From Eledone cirrhosa (taxonomy: Eukaryota): DNA of 64,000 bases. This document shows, piece after piece, positions 29,001 through 42,744 of the stretch; positions within the stretch are counted from its first letter, which is position 1; each line of letters opens with the position of its first letter. The stretch is from contig OZ024740.1 in assembly GCA_964016885.1 (NCBI GenBank), positions 434,682,001 to 434,746,000 of the forward strand. Direction: 5' to 3'. The notes beneath the pieces are model-generated. The model ran no database searches. It was given only the letters and a program-made list of their open reading frames with translations, and was not told where the DNA came from. Position numbers and translations under genes: made by a program.

Positions 29001-32000
29001 CTGCACTGTCCTCTACCTCCTGTACTGTCCTCTACCGTCCTGTACTGTCCTCTACCTCCTGCACTGTCCTCTACCGTCCTGTACTGTCCTCTACCTCCTG
29101 TACTGTCCTCTACCTCCTGTACTGTCCTCTACCTCCTGCACTGTCCTCTACCTCCTGTACTGTCCTCTACCGTCCTGTACTGTCCTCTACCTCCTGTACT
29201 GTCCTCTACCGTCCTGTACTGTCCTCTACCTCCTGCACTGTCCTCTACCGTCCTGCACTGTCCTCTACCGTACTGCACTGTCCTCTACCGTCCTGCACTG
29301 TCCTCTACCGTCCTGCACTGTCCTCTACCGTCCTGCACTGTCCTCTACCGTCCTGCACTGTCCTCTACCTCCTGTACTGTCCTCTACCGTCCTGCACTCT
29401 CCTCTACCGTCCTGCACTGTCCTCTACCGTACTGCACTGTCCTCTACCGTCCTGCACTGTCCTCTACCGTCCTGCACTGTCCTCTACCGTCCTGTACTGT
29501 CCTCTACCTCCTGTACTGTCCTCTACCGTCCTGCACTGTCCTCTACCGTCCTGCACTCTCCTCTACCTCCTGTACTGTCCTCTACCGTCCTGCACTGTCC
29601 TCTACCGTCCTGCACTGTCCTCTACCGTCCTGCACTCTCCTCTACCGTCCTGCACTGTCCTCTACCTCCTGCACTGTCCTCTACCGTCCTGTACTCTCCT
29701 CTACCGTCCTGTACTGTCCTCTACCGTCCTGTACTGTCCTCTACCTCCTGCACTGTCCTCTACCGTCCTGCACTGTCCTCTACCGTCCTGTACTGTCCTC
29801 TACCTCCTGCACTGTCCTCTACCTCCTGTACTGTCCTCTACCGTCCTGTACTGTCCTCTACCGTCCTGTACTGTCCTCTACCGTCCTGCACTGTCCTCTA
29901 CCTCCTGTACTGTCCTCTACCGTCCTGTACTGTCCTCTACCGTCCTGCACTGTCCTCTACCTCCTGTACTGTCCTCTACCTCCTGTACTGTCCTCTACCG
30001 TCCTGTACTGTCCTCTACCGTCCTGCACTGTCCTCTACCTCCTGTACTGTCCTCTACCTCCTGTACTGTCCTCTACCGTCCTGTACTGTCCTCTACCGTC
30101 CTGCACTGTCCTCTACCTCCTGTACTGTCCTCTACCTCCTGTACTGTCCTCTACCGTCCTGTACTGTCCTCTACCTCCTGTACTGTCCTCTACCGTCCTG
30201 CACTGTCCTCTACCGTACTGCACTGTCCTCTACCGTCCTGCACTGTCCTCTACCGTCCTGCACTCTCCTCTACCGTCCTGCACTGTCCTCTACCTCCTGT
30301 ACTGTCCTCTACCGTCCTGCACTGTCCTCTACCTCCTGTACTGTCCTCTACCGTCCTGCACTGTCCTCTACCTCCTGTACTGTCCTCTACCGACCTGTAC
30401 TGTCCTCTACCGTCCTGCACTGTCCTCTACCGTCATGCACTGTCCTCTACCTCCTGCACTGTCCTCTACCTCCTGCACTGTCCTCTACCTCCTGCACTGT
30501 CCTCTACCTCCTGTACTGTCCTCTACCTCCAGCACTGTCCTCTACCGTCCTGCACTGTCCTCTACCTCCTGTACTGTCCTCTACCGTCCTGCACTGTCCT
30601 CTACCGTACTGCACTGTCCTCTACCGTCCTGCACTGTCCTCTACCTCCTGCACTGTCCTCTACCTCCTGCACTGTCCTCTACCTCCTGCACTGTCCTCTA
30701 CCTCCTGCACTGTCCTCTACCGTCCTGCACTCTCCTCTACCGTCCTGCACTGTCCTCTACCTCCTGTACTGTCCTCTACCGTCCTGCACTGTCCTCTACC
30801 TCCTGTACTGTCCTCTACCGTCCTGCACTGTCCTCTACCTCCTGTACTGTCCTCTACCGACCTGTACTGTCCTCTACCTCCTGCACTGTCCTCTACCTCC
30901 TGCACTGTCCTCTACCTCCTGTACTGTCCTCTACCTCCTGCACTGTCCTCTACCGTCCTGTACTGTCCTCTACCTCCTGCACTGTCCTCTACCTCCTGCA
31001 CTGTCCTCTACCTCCTGTACTGTCCTCTACCTCCTGTACTGTCCTCTACCTCCTGCACTGTCCTCTACCGTCCTGCACTGTCCTCTACCTCCTGTACTGT
31101 CCTCTACCTCCTGTACTGTCCTCTACCTCCTGTACTGTCCTCTACCTCCTGCACTGTCCTCTACCGTCCTGTACTGTCCTCTACCTCCTGCACTGTCCTC
31201 TACCTCCTGTACTGTCCTCTACCTCCTGTACTGTCCTCTACCTCCTGCACTGTCCTCTACCGTCCTGCACTGTCCTCTACCTCCTGTACTGTCCTCTACC
31301 TCCTGTACTGTCCTCTACCTCCAGCACTGTCCTCTACCGTCCTGCACTGTCCTCTACCTCCTGTACTGTCCTCTACCGTCCTGCACTGTCCTCTACCGTC
31401 CTGCACTGTCCTCTACCGTCCTGTACTGTCCTCTACCTCCTGCACTGTCCTCTACCTCCTGCACTGTCCTCTACCTCCTGCACTGTCCTCTACCTCCTGT
31501 ACTGTCCTCTACCTCCTGTACTGTCCTCTACCTCCTGCACTGTCCTCTACCGTCCTGCACTGTCCTCTACCTCCTGTACTGTCCTCTACCTCCTGTACTG
31601 TCCTCTACCTCCTGTACTGTCCTCTACCGTCCTGTACTGTCCTCTACCTCCTGCACTGTCCTCTACCGTCCTGTACTGTCCTCTACCTCCTGTACTGTCC
31701 TCTACCGTCCTGCACTGTCCTCTACCTCCTGTACTGTCCTCTACCTCCTGTACTGTCCTCTACCTCCTGTACTGTCCTCTACCTCCTGTACTGTCCTCTA
31801 CCTCCTGTACTGTCCTCTACCGTCCTGTACTGTCCTCTACCTCCTGCACTGTCCTCTACCGTCCTGTACTGTCCTCTACCTCCTGCACTGTCCTCTACCG
31901 TCCTGTACTGTCCTCTACCTCCTGCACTGTCCTCTACCGTCCTGTACTGTCCTCTACCTCCTGTACTGTCCTCTACCTCCTGTACTGTCCTCTACCTCCT

Positions 32001-35000
32001 GTACTGTCCTCTACCTCCTGTACTGTCCTCTACCTCCTGTACTGTCCTCTACCTCCTGTACTGTCCTCTACCTCCTGTACTGTCCTCTACCTCCAGCACT
32101 GTCCTCTACCGTCCTGCACTGTCCTCTACCTCCTGTACTGTCCTCTACCGTCCTGCACTGTCCTCTACCGTCCTGCACTGTCCTCTACCGTCCTGTACTG
32201 TCCTCTACCTCCTGCACTGTCCTCTACCTCCTGCACTGTCCTCTACCTCCTGCACTGTCCTCTACCTCCTGTACTGTCCTCTACCTCCTGTACTGTCCTC
32301 TACCTCCTGCACTGTCCTCTACCGTCCTGCACTGTCCTCTACCTCCTGTACTGTCCTCTACCTCCTGTACTGTCCTCTACCTCCTGTACTGTCCTCTACC
32401 GTCCTGTACTGTCCTCTACCTCCTGCACTGTCCTCTACCGTCCTGTACTGTCCTCTACCTCCTGTACTGTCCTCTACCGTCCTGCACTGTCCTCTACCTC
32501 CTGTACTGTCCTCTACCTCCTGTACTGTCCTCTACCTCCTGTACTGTCCTCTACCTCCTGTACTGTCCTCTACCTCCTGTACTGTCCTCTACCGTCCTGT
32601 ACTGTCCTCTACCTCCTGCACTGTCCTCTACCGTCCTGTACTGTCCTCTACCTCCTGCACTGTCCTCTACCGTCCTGTACTGTCCTCTACCTCCTGCACT
32701 GTCCTCTACCGTCCTGTACTGTCCTCTACCTCCTGTACTGTCCTCTACCTCCTGTACTGTCCTCTACCTCCTGTACTGTCCTCTACCTCCTGTACTGTCC
32801 TCTACCTCCTGTACTGTCCTCTACCTCCTGTACTGTCCTCTACCTCCTGTACTGTCCTCTACCTCCTGTACTGTCCTCTACCTCCTGTACTGTCCTCTAC
32901 CTCCTGTACTGTCCTCTACCTCCTGCACTGTCCTCTACCTCCTGCACTGTCCTCTACCTCCTGCACTGTCCTCTACCTCCTGTACTGTCCTCTACCTCCT
33001 GTACTGTCCTCTACCTCCTGCACTGTCCTCTACCGTCCTGCACTGTCCTCTACCTCCTGTACTGTCCTCTACCTCCTGTACTGTCCTCTACCTCCTGTAC
33101 TGTCCTCTACCGTCCTGTACTGTCCTCTACCTCCTGCACTGTCCTCTACCGTCCTGTACTGTCCTCTACCTCCTGTACTGTCCTCTACCGTCCTGCACTG
33201 TCCTCTACCTCCTGTACTGTCCTCTACCTCCTGTACTGTCCTCTACCTCCTGTACTGTCCTCTACCTCCTGTACTGTCCTCTACCTCCTGTACTGTCCTC
33301 TACCGTCCTGTACTGTCCTCTACCTCCTGCACTGTCCTCTACCTCCTGTACTGTCCTCTACCTCCTGTACTGTCCTCTACCTCCTGTACTGTCCTCTACC
33401 TCCTGTACTGTCCTCTACCTCCTGTACTGTCCTCTACCTCCTGTACTGTCCTCTACCGTCCTGTACTGTCCTCTACCTCCTGCACTGTCCTCTACCTCCT
33501 GTACTGTCCTCTACCTCCTGTACTGTCCTCTACCGTCCTGTACTGTCCTCTACCTCCTGCACTGTCCTCTACCTCCTGTACTGTCCTCTACCTCCTGTAC
33601 TGTCCTCTACCTCCTGTACTGTCCTCTACCGTCCTGTACTGTCCTCTACCTCCTGCACTGTCCTCTACCTCCTGTACTGTCCTCTACCTCCTGTACTGTC
33701 CTCTACCGTCCTGTACTGTCCTCTACCTCCTGCACTGTCCTCTACCGTCCTGCACTGTCCTCTACCTCCTGTACTGTCCTCTACCTCCTGTACTGTCCTC
33801 TACCTCCTGTACTGTCCTCTACCGTCCTGTACTGTCCTCTACCTCCTGCACTGTCCTCTACCTCCTGTACTGTCCTCTACCTCCTGTACTGTCCTCTACC
33901 GTCCTGCACTGTCCTCTACCGTCCTGCACTGTCCTCTACCGTCCTGTACTGTCCTCTACCGTCCTGTACTGTCCTCTACCTCCTGCACTGTCCTCTACCG
34001 TCCTGTACTGTCCTCTACCTCCTGCACTGTCCTCTACCGTCCTGTACTGTCCTCTACCTCCTGCACTGTCCTCTACCTCCTGCACTGTCCTCTACCTCCT
34101 GCACTGTCCTCTACCGTCCTGTACTGTCCTCTACCGTCCTGCACTGTCCTCTACCGTCCTGCACTGTCCTCTACCTCCTGCACTGTCCTCTACCGTACTG
34201 CACTGTCCTCTACCGTCCTGCACTGTCCTCTACCTCCTGCACTGTCCTCTACCTCCTGCACTGTCCTCTACCGTCCTGTACTGTCCTCTACCGTCCTGTA
34301 CTGTCCTCTACCTCCTGCACTGTCCTCTACCTCCTGCACTGTCCTCTACCGTCCTGCACTGTCCTCTACCGTCCTGCACTGTCCTCTACCTCCTGTACTG
34401 TCCTCTACCTCCTGTACTGTCCTCTACCTCCTGTACTGTCCTCTACCGTCCTGCACTGTCCTCTACCTCCTGCACTGTCCTCTACCTCCTGCACTGTCCT
34501 CTACCGTCCTGCACTGTCCTCTACCGTCCTGCACTGTCCTCTACCGTCCTGTACTGTCCTCTACCGTCCTGCACTGTCCTCTACCGTCCTGCACTGTCCT
34601 CTACCGTCCTGTACTGTCCTCTACCTCCTGCACTCTCCTCTACCGTCCTGCACTGTCCTCTACCTCCTGCACTCTCCTCTACCTCCTGTACTGTCCTCTA
34701 CCGTCCTGCACTGTCCTCTACCTCCTGCACTGTCCTCTACCTCCTGTACTGTCCTCTACCGTCTTGTACTGTCCTCTACCGTCCTGCACTGTCCTCTACC
34801 TCCTGTACTGTCCTCTACCGTCCTGCACTGTCCTCTACCTCCTGCACTGTCCTCTACCTCCTGTACTGTCCTCTACCGTCTTGTACTGTCCTCTACCCTC
34901 CTGCACTCTCCTCTACCTCCTGTACTGTCCTCTACCGTCCTGCACTGTCCTCTACCTCCTGCACTGTCCTCTACCTCCTGTACTGTCCTCTACCGTCTTG

Positions 35001-38000
35001 TACTGTCCTCTACCGTCCTGCACTGTCCTCTACCTCCTGCACTGTCCTCTACCGTCCTGTACTGTCCTCTACCTCCTGCACTGTCCTCTACCGTCCTGCA
35101 CTGTCCTCTACCGTCCTGCACTGTCCTCTACCGTCCTGTACTGTCCTCTACCTCCTGCACTGTCCTCTACCGTCCTGCACTGTCCTCTACCTCCTGCACT
35201 GTCCTCTACCGTCCTGCACTGTCCTCTACCGTCCTGCACTGTCCTCTACCTCCTGCACTCTCCTCTACCGTCCTGCACTGTCCTCTACCTTCCTGCACTC
35301 TCCTCTACCGTCCTGCACTGTCCTCTACCGTCCTCTACTGTCCTCTACCGTCCTGCACTGTCCTCTACCTCCTGCACTCTCCTCTACCGTCCTGCACTGT
35401 CCTCTACCTTCCTGCACTCTCCTCTACCGTCCTGCACTGTCCTCTACCGTCCTGCACTCTCCTCTACCGTCCTGTACTGTCCTCTACCGTCCTGTATTGT
35501 CCTCTACCTCCTGCACTGTCCTCTACCGTCCTGCACTGTCCTCTTCCGCCCTGCACTGTCCTCTACTGTCCTGTACTGTCCTCTACCGTCCTGTACTGTC
35601 CTCTACCTCCTGTACTGTCCTCTACCTCCTGTACTGTCCTCTATAGTCCTGTACTGTCCTCTACCGTCCTGTACTGTCCTCTACCGTCCTGCACTGTCCT
35701 CTACCGTACTGCACTGTCCTCTACCGTCCTGCACTGTCCTCTACCGTCCTGTACTGTCCTCTACCGTCCTGTACTGTCCTCTACCATCCTGCACTGTCCT
35801 CTACCGTCCTGCACTGTCCTCTACCATCCTGTACTGTCCTCTACCATCCTGCACTGTCCTCTACCGTCCTGCACTGTCCTCTATGTCCTGTACTGTCCTC
35901 TACCGTCCTGCACTGTCCTCTACCGTACTGCACTGTCCTCTACCGTCCTGCACTGTCCTCTACCGTCCTGCACTGTCCTCTACCGTCCTGCACTGTCCTC
36001 TACCGTCCTGCACTGTCCTCTACCGTCCTGCACTCTCCTCTACCGTCCTGTACTGTCCTCTACCGACCTGTACTGTCCTCTACCGTCCTGCACTGTCATC
36101 TACCGCCCTGCAATGTCCTCTACCGTCCTGCACTGTCCTCTACCGTCCTGTACTGTCCTCTACCGTCCTGTACTGTCCTCTACCGTCCTGCACTGTCCTC
36201 TACCGTCCTGCACTGTCCTCTACCGTCCTGCACTGTCCTCTACCGTCCTGTACTGTCCTCTACCGTCCTGCACTGTCCTCTACCGTCCTGCACTGTCCTC
36301 TACCGTCCTGCACTGTCCTCTACCGTCCTGTACTGTCCTCTACCGTCCTGCACTGTCCTCTACCGTCCTGCACTGTCCTCTACCGTCTTGTACCGTCCTC
36401 TACCGTCCTGCACTGTCCTCTACCTTCCTGCACTGTCCTCTACCGTCCTGCACTGTCCTCTACCTTCCTGCACTGTCCTCTACCGTCTTGTACTGTCCTC
36501 TACCGTCCTGCACTGTCCTCTACCTTCCTGCACTGTCCTCTACCGTCCTGCACTGTCCTCTACCTTCCTGCACTGTCCTCTACCGTCCTGTACTGTCCTC
36601 TACCTTCCTGCACTGTCCTCTACCGTCTTGTACTGTCCTCTACCGTCCTGCACTGTCCTCTACCTTCCTGCACTGTCCTCTACCGTCCTGTACTGTCCTC
36701 TACCGTCCTGTACTGTCCTCTACCTCCTGTACTATCCTCTACCTTCCTGTACTGTCCTCTAACGTCCTGCACTGTCCTCTACCGTCCTGCACTGTCCTCT
36801 ACCGTCCTCTACTGTCCTCTACCGTCCTCTACTGTCCTCTACCTCCTGTACTGTCCTCTACCTTCCTGTACTGTCCTCTAACGTCCTGCACTGTCCTCTA
36901 CCGTCCTGCACTGTCCTCTACCGTCCTGTACTGTCCTCTACCGTCCTCTACTGTCCTCTACCGTCCTGTACTGTCCTCTACCGTCCTGCACTGTCCTCTA
37001 CCGTCCTGTATTGTCCTCTGCCTCCTGTACTGTCCTCTACCTCCTGTACTGTCCTCTACCGTCCTGCACTGTCCTCTACCGTCCTGCACTGTCCTCTACC
37101 TCCTGTACTGTCCTCTACCTCCTGTACTGTCCTCTACCGTCCTGTACTGTCCTCTACCGTCCTCTACTGTCCCCTCCCTCCTGTACTGTCCTCTACCTCC
37201 TGTACTGTCCTCTACCGTCCTGTACTGTCCTCTACCTCCTGTACTGTCCTCTACCGTCCTGTACTGTCCTCTACCGTCCTGCATTGTCCTCTACCGTCCT
37301 GTACTGTCCTCTACCGTCCTGCACTGTCCTCTACCTCCTGTACTGTCCTCTACCGTCCTGTACTGTCCTCTACCGTCCTGCACTGTTTTCTACCGTCCTG
37401 TACTGTCCTCTACCGTCCTGCACTGTCCTCTACCGTCCTGCACTGTCCTCTACCGTCTTGTACTGTCCTCTACCGTCCTGCACTGTCCTCTACCGTCCTG
37501 CACTGTCCTCTACCGTCCTGTACTGTCCTCTACCGTCCTGCACTGTCCTCTACCGTCCTGCACTGTCCTCTACCGTCTTGTACTGTCCTCTACCGTCCTG
37601 CACTGTCCTCTACCGTCCTGCACTGTCCTCTACCGTCCTGTACTGTCCTCTACCGTCCTGTACTGTCCTCTACCGTCCTGTACTGTCCTCTACCGTCCTT
37701 TACTGTCCTCTACCGTCCTGCACTGTCCTCTACCGTCCTGCACTGTCCTCTACCGTCCTGCACTGTCCTCTACCGTCCTGTACTGTCCTCTACCGTCCTG
37801 CACTGTCCTCTACCGTCCTGCACTGTCCTCTACCGTCCTGCACTGTCCTCTACCGTCCTGTACTGTCCTCTACCGTCCTGCACTGTCCTCTACCGTCCTG
37901 CACTGTCCTCTACCGTCCTGCAATGTCCTCTACCGTCCTCTACTGTCCTCTACCGTCCTGTACTGTCCTCTACCGTCCTGCACTGTCCTCTACCGTCCTG

Positions 38001-39826
38001 CACTGTCCTCTACCGTCCTGCACTGTCCTCTACCGTCCTGTACTGTCCTCTACCATCCCGCACTGTCCTCTACCGTCCTGCACTTTCCTCTACCGTCCTG
38101 CACTGTCCTCTACCGTCCTGCACTGTCCTCTACCGTCCTGCACTGTCCTCTACCGTCCTGCACTGTCCTCTACCGTCTTGTACTGTCCTCTACCGTCCTG
38201 CACTGCCTCTACCGTCCTGCACTGTCCTCTACCGTCCTGTACTGTCTTCTACCTCCTGTACTGTCCTCTACCTTCCTGTACTGTCCTCTAACGTCCTGCA
38301 CTGTCCTCTACCGTCCTGCACTGTCCTCTACCGTCCTGTACTGTCCTCTACCTCCTGCACTGTCCTCTACCGTCCTCTACTGTCCTCTACCGTCCTGTAC
38401 TGTCCTCTATCGTCCTGCACTGTCCTCTACCTTCCTGTACTGTCCTCTACCTCCTGTACTGTCCTCTACCGTCCTGTACTGTCCTCTACCGCCATGCACT
38501 GTCCTCTACCGTCCTGTACTTGCCTCTACCGTCCTGCACTGTCCTCTACCTCCTGTACTGTCCTCTACCGTCCTGTACTGTCCTCTACCGTCCTGCACTG
38601 TCCTCTACCGTCCTGTACTGTCCTCTACCGTCCTGCACTGTCCTCTACCGTCCTGTACTGTCCTCTACCGTCCTGTACTGTCCTCTACCTCCTATACTGT
38701 CCTCTACCGTCCTGCACTGTCCTCTACCGTCCTGTACTGTCCTCTACCGTCCTGCACTGTCCTCTACCGTCCTGTACTGTCCTCTACCTCCTGTACTGTC
38801 CTCTACCGTCCTGTATTGTCCTCTACCGTCCTGCACTGTCCTCTACCGTCTTGTACTGTCCTCTACCGTCCTGTACTGTCCTCTACCGTCCTGCACTGTC
38901 CTCTATCGTCCTGCACTGTCCTCTACCGTCCTGCACTGTCCTCTACCGTCCTGCACTGTCCTCTACCGTCCTGCACTGTCCTCTACTGTCCTGCACTGTC
39001 CTCTACCGTCCTGTACTGTCCTCTACCTCCTGTACTGTCCTCTACCGTCCTGCACTGTCCTCTACCGTCCTTTACTGTCCTCTACCGTCCTGTACTGTCC
39101 TCTACCGTCCTGTACTGTCCTCTACCGTCCTGTACTGTCCTCTACTGTCCTCTACTGTCCTATACCGTCATGTACTGTCCTCTACCGTCCTGCACTGTCC
39201 TCTACCGTCCTGCACTGTCCTCTACCGTCCTGCACTGTCCTCTACCGTCCTGCACTGTCCTCTACCGTCCTGCACTGTCCTCTACCGTCCTGTACTGTCC
39301 TCTACCGTCCTGCACTGTCCTCTACCGTCCTCTACTGTCCTCTATCGTCCTGCACTGTCCTCTCCCGTCCTGTACTGTCCTATACCGTCCTGCACTGTCC
39401 TCTACCGTCCTGTACTGTCCTATACTGTCCTGCACTGTCCTCTACCGTCCTGTACCGTCCTCTACCTCCTGTACTGTCCTCTACCGTCCTGTACTGTCCT
39501 CTACCGTCCTGCACTCTCCTCTACCGTCCTGCACTGTTCTCTACTGTCCTGCACTGTCCTCTACCGTCCTGTACTGTCCTCTACCGTCCTGCACTGTCCT
39601 CTACCGTCCTCTACTGTCCTCCACCGTCCTGCACTGTCCTCTCCCGTCCTGTACTGTCCTATACCGTCCTGCACTGTCCTCTACCGTCCTGTACTGTCCT
39701 CTACCGTCCTGCACTGTCCTCTACCGTCCTCTACTGTCCTCCACCGTCCTGCACTGTCCTCTACCGTCCTGTACTGTCCTATACCGTCCTGTACTGTTCT
39801 ATACCGTCCTGTACTGTCCTATACTA
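20038..39826. repeat. 19/20-bp satellite CCTG(C/T)ACTGTCCTCTACC(G)T, ~19.8 kb, ~1000 units
   Basis: Read directly. There are two main binary variant sites, and units diverge more after ~35.3 kb. Confidence 0.98.
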
Positions 39827-40026
39827 TCCACCACCACCACCACCACCACCACCACCACCACCACCACCACCACCACCACCACCACCATCACAACCACCAC
39901 CGCCACCACCAACACCACCACCACTACCACCACCATCACCACAATCATCACCCCCCCCCACCACCACCACCACCACCACCAACACCACCACCACCACCGC
40001 CACCACCAACAACAACAACAACACCA
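39827..40026. repeat. (CCA)n/(CAA)n microsatellite
   Basis: Read directly. Confidence 0.97.
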
Positions 40027-40027
40027 T

Positions 40028-40160
40028 TTTTTATCAACCTTGGAAGAATGAAAAGTAAGGTTGATCATGGTCAGATGTAATATCAGAATGTTGAAAGCCA
40101 GAGAAAATGTCACAAAGTATTCTATCCAAATATTCTAACAACTCTGCCAATTTACCTCCA
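40028..40160 (-). mobile_element. Degenerate SINE fragment (same family as 51008, 53189, 55295, 60940)
   Basis: TTTTATCAACC...GAATGAAAAGTAAGGTTGA...CACAAAGTATTCT...AACTCTGCCAATT is shared with 60940-61095. Confidence 0.6.
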
Positions 40161-40194
40161 ACTATTAAGTATATATTGCTGGAGAAGTAATCAG

Positions 40195-42073
40195 GAAGTT
40201 ATACACAAGGTACTATTGTGAGAACCAACTCAAGGGAGACACAGTAGAGGAAATTATACACAAGTTACTATTGTGGGAACCAACTGAGGGGAGACACAGT
40301 AGAGGAAGTTATACACAAGGTACTATTGTGGGAACGAACTGAGGGGAGACACAGTAGAGGAAGTTATACACAAGGTACTATTGTGGGAACCAACTCAAGG
40401 GAGACACAGTAGAGAAAGTTATACACAAGGTACTATTGTGGGAACCAACTCAAGGGAGACACAGTAGGGGAAGTTATCCACAAGGTACTATTGTGGGAAC
40501 CAACTGAGGGGAGACACAGTAGAGGAAGTTATACACAAGTTACTATTGTGGGAACCAACTGAGGGGAGACACAGTAGAGGAAGTTATACACAAGGTACTA
40601 TTGTGGGAACCAACTCAAGGGAGACACAGTAGAGAAAGTTATACACAAGGTACTATTGTGGGAACCAACTGAGGGGAGACACAGTAGAGGAAGTTATACA
40701 CAAGGTACTATTGTGGGAACCAACTCAAGGGAGACACAGTAGAGAAAGTTATACACAAGGTACTATTGTGGGAACCAACTGAGGGGAGACACAGTAGAGG
40801 AAGTTATACACAAGTTACTATTGTGGGAACCAACTGAGGGGAGACACAGTAGAGGAAGTTATACACAAGGTACTATTGTGGGAACCAACTGAGGGGAGAC
40901 ACAGTAGAGGAAGCTATACACAAGGTAATATTATGGGAACCAACTGAGGGGAGACACAGTAGAGGAAGTTATACACAAGGTACTATTGTGGGAATCAACT
41001 GAGGGGAGACACAGTAGAGGAAGTTATACACAAGATACTATTGTGGGAATCAACTGAGGGGAGACACAGTAGAGGAAGTTATACACAAGGTACTATTGTG
41101 GGAACCAACTCAAGGGAGACACAGTAGAGAAAGTTATACACAAGGTACTATTGTGGGAACCAACTGAGGGGAGACACAGTAGAGGAAGTTATACACAAGG
41201 TACTATTGTGGGAACCAACTGAGGGGAGACACAGTAGAGGAAGTTATACACAAGGTACTATTGTGGGAACCAACTCAAGGGAGACACAGTAGAGAAAGTT
41301 ATACACAAGGTACTATTGTGGGAACCAACTGAGGGGAGACACAGTAGAGGAAGTTATACACAAGGTACTATTGTGGGAACCAACTGAGGGGAGACACAGT
41401 AGAGGAAGTTATACACAAGGTACTATTGTGGGAACCAACTGAGGGGAGACACAGTAGAGAAAGTTATACACAAGTTACTATTGTGGGAACCAACTGAGGG
41501 GAGACACAGTAGAGGAAGTTATACACAAGGTACTATTGTGGGAACCAACTGAGGGGAGACACAGTAGAGGAAGTTATACACAAGGTAATATTATGGGAAC
41601 CAACTGAGGGGAGACACAGTAGAGGAAGTTATACACAAGGTACTATTGTGGGAACCAACTCAAGGGAGACACAGTAGAGGAAGTTATACACAAGGTACTA
41701 TTGTGGGAACCAACTGAGGGGAGACACAGTAGAAGAAGTTATACACAAGGTACTATTGTGGGAACCAACTGAGGGGAGACACAGTAGAGGAAGTTATACA
41801 CAAGGTAATATTATGGGAACCAACTGAGGGGAGACACAGTAGAAGAAGTTATACACAAGGTACTATTGTGGGAACCAACTGAGGGGAGACACAGTAGAGG
41901 AAGTTATACACAAGGTACTATTGTGGGAACCAACTGAGGGGAGACACAGTAGAAGAAGTTATACACAAGGTACTATTGTGGGAACCAACTGAGGGGAGAC
42001 ACAGTAGAGGAAGTTATACACAAGGTACTATTATGGGAACCAACTGAGGGGAGACACAGTAGAGGAAGTTATA
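40195..42073. repeat. 55-bp minisatellite, ~34 copies
   Basis: Unit GGAAGTTATACACAAGGTACTATTGTGGGAACCAACTGAGGGGAGACACAGTAGA. Period is 55 (40201, 40256, 40311). Confidence 0.97.
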
Positions 42074-42177
42074 ACTCATTTTTCCCTGAGTATAATCAGC
42101 TCAGTTCACAAATGTTGCCAGCTAAAAAAATCTAATAAGATTGAAATACGTTTGTTGCATTCACAAATTGACTTAAA

Positions 42178-42277
42178 ACCCACTCCTAGAAAACATGAGA
42201 CCCACCCCTAGAAAACATGAGGCCCACCCCTAGAAAACATGGGACCCACCTCTAGAAAAGATGAGACCCACCCCTAG
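42178..42277. repeat. 22-bp tandem repeat, ~4.5 copies
   Basis: Unit GACCCACCCCTAGAAAACATGA. Confidence 0.9.
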
Positions 42278-42651
42278 CTGCCTGATGTCATAAGAGTTAT
42301 CTTCTTTGCTTGTTTTTAAAACATTCTTAGAGGGAGTCTTTGTCTTCTAATTGAAAGGATAACTTTAGCTAATCAAAGTTTTTCAACTCACTATTTTATA
42401 TATGTGAGATCCTAATACATATATATTTAGCCTGTAGAATGATCTCCTGAAGTATTTGCCCCTATATGGCTAAATTATTGATCATCTATCATGATGATTA
42501 ACATGGCAGAGGTATGAACTATTTATAACCTAGCCTGAAATTATCAAAAAGATTCATAACAAACTGTGAAATAGGTAAATACATATTTAATGTTTTAAAC
42601 AATGACAGAAACACTTCCACCAATTGCCTCCTAACTCATTATTTTATGTGC

Positions 42652-42699
<48 letters not shown>

Positions 42700-42708
42700 T
42701 CATCATCA

Positions 42709-42741
<33 letters not shown>

Positions 42742-42744
<3 letters not shown>

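Noticed and set aside
19749-40080. Giant ORFs (5710, 4029, 1312 aa and others) rich in C/L/P/S/T/V
   Set aside because: They are translations of a 19/20-bp satellite that lacks stop codons in all + frames. Unit lengths are not multiples of 3, starts are non-ATG, and one ORF crosses an N gap.
39799-40113. Poly-His/Pro/Thr/Val/Gly ORFs
   Set aside because: Translations of the (CCA)n microsatellite.
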